Counted from the first letter of the stretch, positions 8,055 to 17,855 are shown. The stretch: DNA of 64,000 nucleotides from Dehalococcoidia bacterium (GCA_965219405.1 OZ244736.1:211129-275128), one strand, 5' to 3'. Numbers and translations are program-made. Notes: generated by a model from the sequence alone, not told the origin.

Positions 8055-10277
8055 TTACTCCGCTATCTCATCCTCCGGCGGCGGCTGAATGTTGAAGTCC
8101 TCATTGAAGGAGTGGAATTCGACCGTTTCAATCCTATATCTAACCATGTCATCGTCTTCTGCGGACAGGTTCCATTTGCGAATTATTCGCCGAACTAGCA
8201 AATCCTCAACGCCTATCCAATAAGCAATCGTGTGCTCATGCTCAATTCCATCGTATGAGAATTGCCCGCTGACATGATAAACATCTACGCCGTTCAGAGA
8301 CTCAATTCCGACAATCCGCATGCCGATGAGCCTGGTTAGCCATTCATCGCTCACAAATGAGTCTTCCGCCGGTCGCCATGGAAGCTCCCTGTCAAATTCA
8401 GAGTGCCGCCAGTGCTCATCAGACCCCTCCCGATCATATGTGTTTTGCCCAATTCTTATGTTCTCCCACACCCATACTTCTTGCCTATCCCAGACAATGT
8501 GACCGAGCGTCTTGGCGCGATCGGGCGCCTTACGGGTTGCCTCAACGAGGTTGCATTCTGAGGAACGAATTCGAGATTCGTCCGCCAACGTATCAGCTGT
8601 ATAGTCATAACCAACATGAGCAGTAGCATATGCTATGAGAGCCTGCATGGCTTGAGCCGCCATAGTGAGGAGTGTGGTGGCCGATGTCTGAAATTCATTT
8701 ACGTCTGCCACTGTCACAGGAAGCGGGTCTGGATTTACGGCGTTCGCGCAGGTTGCCGACAATGACGCAGCTAGGACAAATTCTTCCGGGGGCGTCACAG
8801 TGTCAACTGCGGTTAGCGTCTCGGCTGGGATGACATCAAGCGTATTCCATGGCGCTATTTCGTCTATATTTGCCACAACGCCAATACCTCCGAAGAGGAG
8901 AACGCTCCCGTCCGGCATAAGCGTTGCCGAATGATTACGCCGCGGCTCCGCAAGCTCGGGCCCCGCCGCCCATATCGTTGTTGACGGATCATATATCTCG
9001 GTGCGCCTGGAAGGGCGCACATCGAATTGCCCGGCATCCGCGTAACCACCGGCAACCAATAGGCGGCCATCCGGCAATTCAGTCACAGTAGAGTGACTGG
9101 GAATTCCACGGCTATTGTATGAGCTTGTCCATAGATTCGTATCCAGATCGTAGATGTCAACGGAGTTCTCGTAGAACACATAGAGCGTGTCCATAGACGT
9201 CATCATCATGTGCCATGGCTCGTCCCAGTCTGTGCTGAATTGCGCCTCCATCTGCCATGTATCGGTCGCGACATCGTAAATCTCAATGAGACCTTGGTCG
9301 CTCAATTCGCCCGCATCGCCGATTCGCACGAACACCATCCTGTCGCCGGTCATTGGAAACAGCCATTGCGGAGGAGCCAATCCTGTGTTAACTGGCAATG
9401 CGGGCTCCTCGCCTATTGAACTGACCGGAGTCCAGCTATCCGATGCCGGATCATAGATCTCCACGCCTGCCGACGTAGGATCCGCATCCAGGTTCTCACC
9501 AAAATCCAAAAGCAAGCCGCCCACGCGCAGTACGCGGCCATCATCAAGGAGGGCCAACTTTGCGACTGCGGATGGAACTTCCGGCGGAGCCACTTGGCTG
9601 AGCTCAAGAGATTTTGCGTCTATCACAAGAGTATGTGGCGTTGGTTCGCCGTTCTGCTCATCCGGCCACGAAATGCCCACCATCAAGAGTGATCCGTCGC
9701 TCAGCGACACGATTTCGTTGTTGAAGTTAAGACCGGGAGGCAAAGGAACCGTGCACCAAGTGGTCTGTTGTGGATTATAAACTTCAACAGTCGGATGCCA
9801 TTCTGGAACGATGAAATTGTTATTTGCGATACCCGTGAATCCGCCCCCCATAAGTATGCGGCCATCGTCCAGAAGTGAGGCAACATGATCAAAGCGGCGA
9901 AGCGGGTAGTAGTACGGGTCGATTTCTTCCGCAGTCACTCCGCTAGACGCCGATAGTTGGCACAGTATTTTCTCAAGCGTTTCCTGCCCAATGTCTCCAG
10001 TTGAGGGCGTGGCTGTCGGCGTGTTTGGGTCCGGCGTCACGGTGGGTCTTGGGGAGGGTGTCGGCATGGGGCTTGGCGTGGGTGTTGGCGCAGGACTTGG
10101 CGTGGGTGGAGTCACTTCTATCGTCGGTGATGGGGACGCCTGCTCCTCGCTGGATTCGGGCGTTTGTGTAGGCTCATCGCTGCATGCAGCGACCAACAGA
10201 ATCGCCGCCAGTGCCGAGGCAATAATGGCCGTCCCGATAAGTCTTGTCCCAATTCTGTTAAACATTACACGTATCAT
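8055..10277 (-). CDS. secreted Kelch-repeat (beta-propeller) lipoprotein with an unassigned C-terminal domain
   Basis: ORF 8055..10373 trimmed to M33 (M37 at 10265 is an alternative). Signal and lipobox 'ILLVAAC', then a Pro/Thr-rich linker. At least five blades of the type 'DGRILMGGG', 'DGSLLMVG', 'DGRVLRVGG', 'DGRLLVAGG', 'DGSVLLFGG'. The last ~230 aa are unassigned. Visibly low G+C. Confidence 0.75.
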   Translation of the reverse strand: MIRVMFNRIGTRLIGTAIIASALAAILLVAACSDEPTQTPESSEEQASPSPTIEVTPPTPSPAPTPTPSPMPTPSPRPTVTPDPNTPTATPSTGDIGQETLEKILCQLSASSGVTAEEIDPYYYPLRRFDHVASLLDDGRILMGGGFTGIANNNFIVPEWHPTVEVYNPQQTTWCTVPLPPGLNFNNEIVSLSDGSLLMVGISWPDEQNGEPTPHTLVIDAKSLELSQVAPPEVPSAVAKLALLDDGRVLRVGGLLLDFGENLDADPTSAGVEIYDPASDSWTPVSSIGEEPALPVNTGLAPPQWLFPMTGDRMVFVRIGDAGELSDQGLIEIYDVATDTWQMEAQFSTDWDEPWHMMMTSMDTLYVFYENSVDIYDLDTNLWTSSYNSRGIPSHSTVTELPDGRLLVAGGYADAGQFDVRPSRRTEIYDPSTTIWAAGPELAEPRRNHSATLMPDGSVLLFGGIGVVANIDEIAPWNTLDVIPAETLTAVDTVTPPEEFVLAASLSATCANAVNPDPLPVTVADVNEFQTSATTLLTMAAQAMQALIAYATAHVGYDYTADTLADESRIRSSECNLVEATRKAPDRAKTLGHIVWDRQEVWVWENIRIGQNTYDREGSDEHWRHSEFDRELPWRPAEDSFVSDEWLTRLIGMRIVGIESLNGVDVYHVSGQFSYDGIEHEHTIAYWIGVEDLLVRRIIRKWNLSAEDDDMVRYRIETVEFHSFNEDFNIQPPPEDEIAE

Positions 10278-10341
10278 ACGCGTGCCACAGTGAGATACGT
10301 ATCGACCGCCAGGTGCAGTGCATTCCCTCGCCTGTTGGGCG

Positions 10342-12304
10342 CTAGTCCGTCCGAAACACGTACCGCAAGTCAAACAGGCCGTACAGCGTGGCCGTCATGT
10401 TCCCGAAGACATTACGGACGGCGGAGATTCTCTCTGAGAGCGTCGTGTAGATGATCGGCACATTTTCTGCCGCTATTTCCTGCGCCTGGTGGTATAACGC
10501 CACACGCCTTTGCCGATCCAATTCCTTGCTGCCGTTGATGTAAAGCGCGTCGATTTCCGCCTCCCAGTCCATAGCGGGTTCCAACTGGTTGGGATTCCAG
10601 AGGTGTAAACCTTCGCTGCTGTGCCAGACGTTGATTCCGCCATGGGGCCTCCGTCCCGCCCGTGAAGCCGATAACGACCGTTTCCCAATCGTAGGTGGTG
10701 GTCAATTGGCCCACGATTTGGCCAAAGTCGATCACGGTGTAGCCAACATCCAAACCGATAGCTTGCAGTCCCTCATGGACAATTGAACCGACGGTCTCCC
10801 GGACGCTATTTCCCTGGTTCGTTGTCAGCGCGAATGCTATATTCTCTCCGTTCACATCTTCACGGATGCCATCGCCGTCCGTATCGATCCATCCCAGGTT
10901 GTCAAGAATCTCATTCGCTTTGTCGATGCTGTATTCGTACTGCCGGACGTTTGGGTTATGGAAGCTCCCTGCGGCCGGACTGATGGACGACCACTGCGGA
11001 TAGCCGAATCCGTGCTGCGCCTCATCGATGATTCGTTCCTTGTCGATGACGTGAGCGACGGCCTGCCGGAATTGCGTGTTGCTAAACCAGTCACGCTTGC
11101 GAGGGTCCAGGTACGGCTCACCGGTTTCAGGGCTCTGCCCGGGGTTCATATTGAATGCCAGGAAAGTCGTGCCGAAGGTGGGGCCGCGCCTGTAGATGGT
11201 GAAGTTCTGTTCTTCTTGCAACGGTTCCAGTTGAGCGTACTCTTCACCAAGAACGCCGTGTATGTCAGATCTGCCGGACAAGAAGTAAGAGAGTTCATCC
11301 TCTAACTCGGGAACGATTAAATGCATGACCCGATCCAGGTACGGCAAGGTGTTTCCGGAGTCGTCCTCCAGCCAGTAATCGGGATTCCGCACCATGACGA
11401 CGCGCTCGCCCGGAATATAGGTTTCGATGGTGAACGGCCCGGTTCCGATGATGTCTGAGGGGGCAGTGTTAATGTCCCAGGTCGAACTGAATGTGCCGTC
11501 GTCCACGTGCCTTTCAAGAATGTGCCGGGGGTAGATGGCCGTGCCCATGCTACGGAGGAACGGGGCAAATGGCTGCGGCAAAACGCAGACGATTGTGTGC
11601 TCATCCACGGCCACGACGGTCATCGGAGAGACGCGCCACTCTCTGGTCTCCTCATCCAGGTAGCGGAAGTTGAAAGCTGGACGCGCACTTGCCGGGATGT
11701 CGTCGTTGTAAATGATGCTATTGAACGTAAACTCCACGTCCAGGGCGGTGAACGGCGTGCCATCATGCCATCGCACATCGTCGCGCAGGTGGAATGTCCA
11801 CGTCATTCCGTCCTCTGACGCCTCCCATGATCGGGCCAAGGACGGCTCGACGCGATCGTCCAGCCACGAGGTCTCAGTGAGGCCCTCAAAGAGGTAGGAA
11901 AGGACGCCGGACGATGAGGCATCATTCGAAATGGCCAGGTTGAACGTCAGCGGATCGGAGATGGTGGCAACAGTGATTTCCCCTCCGTATTCGCCGGTAA
12001 CGTACTGAAACTCCTCTGCGTTCCCCTTTAGTTGCTCGGTGACCGGCAGTCCAGCTCCAACGTCCGGAGCCGCTGTCGGCTCCGGAGCGGGAGCCGATGC
12101 CACAGTGGGGGTGGGCGTCACGATTGCGGTGGGCAAAGTCGTGGGTGCCATGATGGTGACCGCCGGCAAGGATTGCGCGGCATCACGCGTGCCCGTTTCC
12201 GGTACGTCGTTTCCGCAGCCTGCAAAGATAGAACCGGCAACCACGCACACAATCAATATCAACGTTAGGCGACGGACTGAAACATAGTTAGGCACGAAAT
12301 TCAC
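10342..12304 (-). pseudogene. ABC transporter substrate-binding lipoprotein, family 5 (peptide/nickel, DppA/OppA-like), disrupted by a 1-nt frameshift
   Basis: ORF 10412..12304 has a lipoprotein signal ('IFAGC') and a family-5 SBP body, but its last ~75 aa are out-of-frame nonsense. ORF 10342..10584 encodes the expected C-terminus. Reading that frame upstream gives '...PHGGINVWHSSEGLHLWNPNQLEPAMDWE', which joins cleanly to '...VVIGFTGGTE' at the G4/C run 10644-10650. Confidence 0.8.
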
Positions 12305-12462
12305 TCCCTAGCCGTCCTTCACTGCTCCCGCTATTCCATCTTAATGGACATTGGCTGGGAAGGTGCTGGGCCAGTATCACGTGCCTACGTCAAGCCCCCC
12401 CGCGCGCCAATTGAGGCGCAGGGGGCCGAAACTCAGTCCAACTGAATGCGTCGGCTGGAACC

Positions 12463-13674
12463 CTACCGCGGCAACCCTAGGCCACGCTGGGCGATGATGT
12501 TCGGGCCGAGCAAAATGCCACCGCCGCCGCCGAATCCCAGCGAGAGGGAGATGGCGTTGTAGGCGCCGTAGTAGCCGTTATGGGGCGCTCTGTCCTCGCC
12601 GCGATTCAGGATGCCGTAATCGCCGATAATCTTGGCGAGCGTGGGCCAGAAGTGCAGCTTGGCCGTCACCTGGTTGCGGTAGCCGGAGATCGCGCCCTCG
12701 TGCTGCGGCACATCGCCGCGCGCCTGCATCCATGCCACGCGGTTGGCCAGTTGGCGATCCGCCTCGATGGTGACACGCAGATCGGCCAGCTTGTAGCGAA
12801 CCATCGGGTCTTCCAGGATGGGCTGCCCGTTGAACTTTGTCTCCTTGAGAACGTCCATGAATCGCTCAAGGATGCCGATGTGGCGGACGGGGCCCTCGGT
12901 GCCGGTTCGCTCGAAGTTGAGCGTCGTCATTGCAGCGTACCAGCCACGGTTGACCTCACCGAGCACGTACTTCTTGGGCACACGGACGCCGTCCATGAAG
13001 ACCTCGCACCAGCGCCAGCGGCCCATCATGTCGTACAGGGGGCGAAGGGTTAGTCCGTCCGGGCGCGTCCCCGCTTGGTCCTTGAGGTTCAGGAGCAGGT
13101 ACGTGATTCCCCGGTGCTTGGGAGCCTCCGGGTCTGTTCGGACGAGAACGTGGTACCAGTCGGCAAGGTGCGCGCCGGACGACCATATCTTCTGGCCGGT
13201 GATAACGAAATCGTCGCCATCCTCGACGGCGCGTGTCTGGAGTGAGGCGAGGTCCGTGCCGGCGTTCGGCTCAGAGAAGCCCTGCGCCCATTCGATGTCG
13301 CCGTTGGCCATCTGTGGCAGGAACTCCTGCTTCACCTCATCAGAGGCGTGGTACATGAGCGCGCCGGTAATGTTTCCGGCTGGCGAGCCTGACGGCGCAT
13401 TGGCGTAGGCCAACTCTTCCTTGTAGACGAACTGCTTGTTGATGGGAAAGTCCGTCCCGCCGAACTCCTTGGGCCAGGTCATCGTGTACCAGCCCTTGTC
13501 GACAAGTTTCTTCACGAATTCCTTGTCGTTGTCCCGGGACTCCTGCATATCAAAATCCCAGGAGCGGACGGCCATGCTGTGTCCGTCGAAACCCTTGCTG
13601 TCCCAGTTGTTATTGATGAAGTCACGCACTTCTGCTCGAAATGCCTGATCTTCGGGATCCTCTCGATAGTCCAT
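12463..13674 (-). CDS. acyl-CoA dehydrogenase family protein (group B)
   Basis: ORF trimmed to 'MDYREDPEDQ' (ATG 13674, SD GGAGGG). Motifs 'FSEPNAGTD', 'TTLNFERTG' and 'GFGGGGGILLGPNIIAQRGLGLPR'. Confidence 0.9.
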   Translation of the reverse strand: MDYREDPEDQAFRAEVRDFINNNWDSKGFDGHSMAVRSWDFDMQESRDNDKEFVKKLVDKGWYTMTWPKEFGGTDFPINKQFVYKEELAYANAPSGSPAGNITGALMYHASDEVKQEFLPQMANGDIEWAQGFSEPNAGTDLASLQTRAVEDGDDFVITGQKIWSSGAHLADWYHVLVRTDPEAPKHRGITYLLLNLKDQAGTRPDGLTLRPLYDMMGRWRWCEVFMDGVRVPKKYVLGEVNRGWYAAMTTLNFERTGTEGPVRHIGILERFMDVLKETKFNGQPILEDPMVRYKLADLRVTIEADRQLANRVAWMQARGDVPQHEGAISGYRNQVTAKLHFWPTLAKIIGDYGILNRGEDRAPHNGYYGAYNAISLSLGFGGGGGILLGPNIIAQRGLGLPR

Positions 13675-13811
13675 CGGAGCGCCCTCCTGCCCCACGCATC
13701 GCCCTCGCGATGGCGTTCTGCTAGCCGGTCATCCGACCGACAAGCGTCATCATCTCAAAGCTAGGCGCACTCTAGCACTCACGGTGTACGTGGTAAAGGG
13801 GCAGGGAGGGG

Positions 13812-14159
13812 TTAGCGGGGGGCGGGGGTGGGGAGGTTGACCTCAACCTCAATCATTTCAACGTGGAGGTCGTCTTCGTTGAAGGCGCGGTCTTCCTCTG
13901 TCTCGCCATCAAGTTCGTAATTCATGAGCTCCCGAAACCACTCGACCGCTTCCGCAAATGTGGACATCTTCGGCTCAAAAACGGGCTCGCCATCCTCGAC
14001 AGCCCCCTCGATACAGAACTCAATGATCTCTTTCGCTATCTCTCGGGCGTGCGGCAAGTCATCGGCTGAACTGGCACAGCCAGGAATGTCCGGCACCAGA
14101 ACAGCTATGCCTCCCGGCCCTCCGTCGTCTACGAATAGGCATAGGAACGTACTCTTCAT
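13812..14159 (-). CDS. hicB: HicB-family antitoxin
   Basis: ORF trimmed to 'MKSTFLCLFVDDGGPGGIAVLVPDIPGCASSADDLPHAREIAKEIIEF' (HicB fold). Its ATG shares the A of the upstream HicA TGA (TGATG overlap at 14157-14161). Confidence 0.75.
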   Translation of the reverse strand: MKSTFLCLFVDDGGPGGIAVLVPDIPGCASSADDLPHAREIAKEIIEFCIEGAVEDGEPVFEPKMSTFAEAVEWFRELMNYELDGETEEDRAFNEDDLHVEMIEVEVNLPTPAPR

Positions 14160-14359
14160 CACCACCTCACCGTGAGTCCTGCTTGGTGCATTATACGTGC
14201 CCACGTTCCCTTCGGCACGACTTGGCTGCCCTGACCGCTAATAGTGACTGTGCCGCGCTTGGTCGGATGATGGAAATGCCGATGGCTGCCGTTCTGCCGG
14301 ACAAAGTACCAGCCGTCCCTCTCCACAGTCCGGACGGCGTCTCTATACGTTTTCGCCAC
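14159..14359 (-). CDS. hicA: HicA-family mRNA interferase toxin
   Basis: 66 aa from GTG 14359: 'VAKTYRDAVRTVERDGWYFVRQNGSHRHFHHPTKRGTVTISGQGSQVVPKGTWARIMHQAGL'. It has the canonical HicA length and the 'GSHxxF.HP' catalytic-His region. The longer ORF to 14455 overlaps the HNH gene. Confidence 0.8.
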   Translation of the reverse strand: MAKTYRDAVRTVERDGWYFVRQNGSHRHFHHPTKRGTVTISGQGSQVVPKGTWARIMHQAGLTVRW

Positions 14360-14360
14360 G

Positions 14361-14753
14361 CTAGTCGTGGTGGAGGGGTGAGATCTGCGAGTGGGGATTT
14401 GTCGCGCACTCGAATTGGAGATGCCAGCGGGCACGCGCCTCCCAATAGGCAGCACGGTTCAAAGCATCACGACGTTGCTCCTGTGTCCAGCCGGCGTAAT
14501 CGAACGACGTTGCGTCCTCAGGCCCGTCGCGGAACCACTCCTGCCGCGCCCACCACTCAAGCGGCGTCATCGTGCCGCGCTCGTTCTGGCCGGTCAGGGC
14601 GCGATTGCAGTCCGGGCACGCCTGCACCAGGTTGGCGAGGTGGTCGCACCCACCGCGATCGAGCGGGATCACGTGCTCCCAGCTGGGCTTGGGCCCAAAA
14701 TCGGTGAACGGGTCGGCACAGTACGCGCACTGCGTCCATTCGCGTTCCATCAT
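14361..14753 (-). CDS. HNH endonuclease-domain protein
   Basis: 130 aa. 'CAYC...EHVIPLDRGGCDHLANLVQACPDCN' gives the two CxxC pairs plus the H-N-H core. Its TAG stop is 1 nt from the HicA GTG. Confidence 0.75.
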   Translation of the reverse strand: MMEREWTQCAYCADPFTDFGPKPSWEHVIPLDRGGCDHLANLVQACPDCNRALTGQNERGTMTPLEWWARQEWFRDGPEDATSFDYAGWTQEQRRDALNRAAYWEARARWHLQFECATNPHSQISPLHHD

Positions 14754-14784
14754 GGCAGTGGTTCCTCGGCCACCCTGGGACTAG

Positions 14785-15984
14785 CTACCTCGGCAAGCCC
14801 AGTCCCCGTTGCGCGATGATGTTGCGCTGGATTTCCTTTGTGCCGCCGCCGAATGTCCTGCCCGTCGAGAGGTAGTGGTTCGCGCCCACGTAGCCGCCCA
14901 TCGGCGTCAATCGTTCCGGGCCGCCGGGGATGATTGTCCCCAAGTCCTGCATCAGGCGGGAAGCCGTGCGGAACACGCGCTGCGTCGCCTCACCCGCCCA
15001 CACGCGGGCCAGAGAGCCCTCTGCCTGCGGCATCAGGCCCTTGGTCTGCATCCATGCGACGCGGTAGGCCAGCATCCGCCCCAACTCAATGTAGACCCGC
15101 AGGTCTGCCATCTCATTTCTCACGATGGGGTTGGCCGTGAACGGCTCGCCGTTGATGTTCGTCGTCCGCAGATAATCGAGCACCTTCTCCCACTCGCGGA
15201 GCAAGGAGGCCGGGATGTCCACCGACGCGCGCTCGAAAGACAGCGTCGTCATAGCCGCGTACCACCCACGGTTGAGCTCACCGACGAGGTTACGCGCCGG
15301 AATCCGCACATCCTGCAGGAACCACTCCGACCAGCGTCGGCGGCCAAGCATGTCATACAGCGGCCGCAGCGAGATGCCCTCGCTTTCCATGTCGATGAGG
15401 AAATAGGAGATGCCGCGATGCTTGGCGGCGTCCGGGTCCGTGCGCACGAGGATGTGTCCCCACTTGGCACGGGGATGGTGGGCGGTTGACGTCCATATCT
15501 TCTGTCCGTTGATCACGTAATCGTCGCCGTCCGCCACGGCGCGCGTGGTCAGGGAGCCAAGATCAGAGCCGGCGTTCGGCTCCGAGAATCCCTGCGCGAA
15601 CTCAAACTCGCCGTTAGCGAGGCGCGGAATAAAGTATTCCTTCTGCCAATCCTGGCCGTGGATCATGAGGAGAGGCGCGACGAGGCCGCCGCCAAGCGCG
15701 GACGGCGCGCCCTGATAGGCCATCTCCTCGCGGTAAACGAGTTGGCGCTCGATGCCGGCATCCTGCCCACCGAACTCCTTCGGCCAGTGCATCGTCCACC
15801 AGCCCTTTTGGGCCAGTTTCTGCTCAAATTGGTGTTGGAGTTCCAGCGCGGCGTTGTCATCGAGGTGATACGACGTGTTCATCGTGGAAGTCAGGTCGTA
15901 TCCGTGATCGTCCCACTCGTTCTGGACGAACTCGCGAACCTCCTGACGAAAAGCCTCATCCTCAGTAGAGAACCTGAAATCCAT
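14785..15984 (-). CDS. acyl-CoA dehydrogenase family protein (group A-like)
   Basis: 399 aa with SD GAGGGGG. Motifs 'FSEPNAGSD', 'TTLSFERASVD' and 'GGGTKEIQRNIIAQRGLGLPR'. Confidence 0.9.
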   Translation of the reverse strand: MDFRFSTEDEAFRQEVREFVQNEWDDHGYDLTSTMNTSYHLDDNAALELQHQFEQKLAQKGWWTMHWPKEFGGQDAGIERQLVYREEMAYQGAPSALGGGLVAPLLMIHGQDWQKEYFIPRLANGEFEFAQGFSEPNAGSDLGSLTTRAVADGDDYVINGQKIWTSTAHHPRAKWGHILVRTDPDAAKHRGISYFLIDMESEGISLRPLYDMLGRRRWSEWFLQDVRIPARNLVGELNRGWYAAMTTLSFERASVDIPASLLREWEKVLDYLRTTNINGEPFTANPIVRNEMADLRVYIELGRMLAYRVAWMQTKGLMPQAEGSLARVWAGEATQRVFRTASRLMQDLGTIIPGGPERLTPMGGYVGANHYLSTGRTFGGGTKEIQRNIIAQRGLGLPR

Positions 15985-16061
15985 GACCTTTACCCCCTCA
16001 CCTTTTCGCCAACTCGCGACGGTACGCGGTCATGATACAGCGCGCGGGCGCGGCGCGGTGA

Positions 16062-17750
16062 CTATGCGTCAAGCAGTCCCTCTTGCGGCATCGTCCAGGG
16101 CGGCTGCATCTGGCCCCTGAACATCTTGGCGCGCGGCAGTGAAAGGTCGGTTAGCGGCACGTCGATCACGACTGGCGCATTGCGGGACAGGGCCTCAGGC
16201 AGCAGCGTTTCAAGCTCCTCCGGACTCTTCGCTCTTATTCCCACAGCTCCGAATGATTCCGCAAACTTGACGATGTCGGGGTTCATCAGCTCAGTGCCGT
16301 ACGCTCCGCCGAAGTAGGTATCCAGGTCGCGCGCGACATTGCCGTATGCGTCATCCCGGAAAACCACGGTGACGATGTTGATGCCATACTGCACGGCCGT
16401 CGCCAACTCGACCGCGTTGAACATGAATCCGCCATCTCCGCTCACACACAGGACAGGCGCATCAGGACGCGCCACTTTGATGCCCATAGCCGTTGGGAAC
16501 GCATACCCCAGGTTGAAGGAATAGCCGGAGTCGATGTATGTCTTTGGTCGAATCACTCGGTAGTGGGACCGCGCATAGTATCCGAACTGCGTAACGTCCC
16601 AGGCAATGACAGTTTCCTCAGGTAAGGTATTCCACATCATCTCAAGGATCGGATACTGCGGCTCCTCATCGCGAATGTCGTAGTAGGCCATGAGCCTCTT
16701 CGTCACTTCGACGGCCTCTTCCGGGGACGGGCGATCCTGGGCGCCCGCCTCCGCAAGCAGCGGCAGCAGTGCCTCAATCGTTGCGCCCGCGTCTCCGTGA
16801 AGGGGAATCGTATTCGACTGAACCCGAGTCAACTCCGAATCGTCGATATTGATATTGATCAGTGTGGAGGATTCTCCGGCGGGATTGCCCATGGAGAAAC
16901 GCGCTCCAATCCCTATGACGGCATCGGCGGAAGCCAGAACCTCGTAGATCTGGTTCATCTCATCCATCTCGGCGCGCGGGCCGAAGCACGAGCCATAGGA
17001 AAAGGGGTGGTCATCCGGGATCGTCCCCTTCCCGCCGCTTGAGGTGACGACCGGAATATTAGTCGCCTCTGCAAGCCGAACGAGCGCATCTTCCGCATTG
17101 GACTGCGCCACGCCGCCACCGGCGTAGATGATTGGCAAACGCGAATCCATGATGACCTGCACGGCCCTGCGAAGGTCGTCTGCGCTCGGCACGATATGCG
17201 AAACGGGAGCCGGTTCACGTAGTTGAACGTCTTCACGCTCAACACCCGTTTCCGGTGACATCTCGATGAGGACGGGGCGCGGGCGGCCTGTTCGCATCTG
17301 TCGAAATGCCTCGGTGACGGCATCCGGCGCCTCGCGAGGTCGCAGCACGTGGCGGCGCCACTTGGTTACAGGTCGGACCACCTCGGCCTGATCAAGGACC
17401 TCATGAACCGCGCCGATCCCCTTGCCAATCTGCGCCCGAGGAATCTGGCCGACAATCGCAAGAACCGGCGAGGATCGAGCATATGCGGTTGCGAAGGCTG
17501 AGGCAGCGTTATAAAGTCCCGCGCCCGGCACGAGGAGTACAACCCCCGGCTTACCTGAAACACGCGCGTATCCATCCGCCATGTGGGTGGCTCCCTGCTC
17601 ATGTCGTGTCGTTATCAGCCGAATGGATGGCTCATCTCGCAGGGCGGCCACGATCCCGGACATATGAATGCCAGGAATTCCGAAAACAACCTCGACGCTC
17701 TCTCGAACTAGAGACGCAACAAGGGCTTCGCCGCCGCTCATTCGTGTCAT
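16062..17750 (-). CDS. thiamine diphosphate-dependent enzyme (acetolactate synthase large subunit / 2-hydroxyacyl-CoA lyase superfamily)
   Basis: ORF 16062..17780 trimmed to ATG 17750 (SD GGGAGAGG 7 nt upstream). N-terminal Pyr domain 'GGEALVASLVRESVEVVFGIPG'. ThDP motif 'SGDGGFMFNAVELATAVQYGINIVTVVFRDDAYGN'. Confidence 0.85.
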   Translation of the reverse strand: MTRMSGGEALVASLVRESVEVVFGIPGIHMSGIVAALRDEPSIRLITTRHEQGATHMADGYARVSGKPGVVLLVPGAGLYNAASAFATAYARSSPVLAIVGQIPRAQIGKGIGAVHEVLDQAEVVRPVTKWRRHVLRPREAPDAVTEAFRQMRTGRPRPVLIEMSPETGVEREDVQLREPAPVSHIVPSADDLRRAVQVIMDSRLPIIYAGGGVAQSNAEDALVRLAEATNIPVVTSSGGKGTIPDDHPFSYGSCFGPRAEMDEMNQIYEVLASADAVIGIGARFSMGNPAGESSTLININIDDSELTRVQSNTIPLHGDAGATIEALLPLLAEAGAQDRPSPEEAVEVTKRLMAYYDIRDEEPQYPILEMMWNTLPEETVIAWDVTQFGYYARSHYRVIRPKTYIDSGYSFNLGYAFPTAMGIKVARPDAPVLCVSGDGGFMFNAVELATAVQYGINIVTVVFRDDAYGNVARDLDTYFGGAYGTELMNPDIVKFAESFGAVGIRAKSPEELETLLPEALSRNAPVVIDVPLTDLSLPRAKMFRGQMQPPWTMPQEGLLDA

Positions 17751-17855
17751 GGCTTGCCTCTCCCGACCATCCAGTGTCACATAGACGATTCAACGTGATC
17801 CTGGTTCACCTTGTCCGAATAACGTTGATATTTGCACACCTCGCCTGCAGTGGGC

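Noticed and set aside
9991-10293. Repetitive GGC/GTG-rich DNA and Gly/Val-rich ORFs (9991..10293 and 12039..12287) that look like tandem repeats.
   Set aside because: They are the antisense of Pro/Thr-rich lipoprotein linkers ('TPPTPSPAPTPTPSPMPTPSP', 'TPTPTVASAPAPEPTAAP'). There is no spacer-repeat periodicity, so this is not a CRISPR array or a VNTR.
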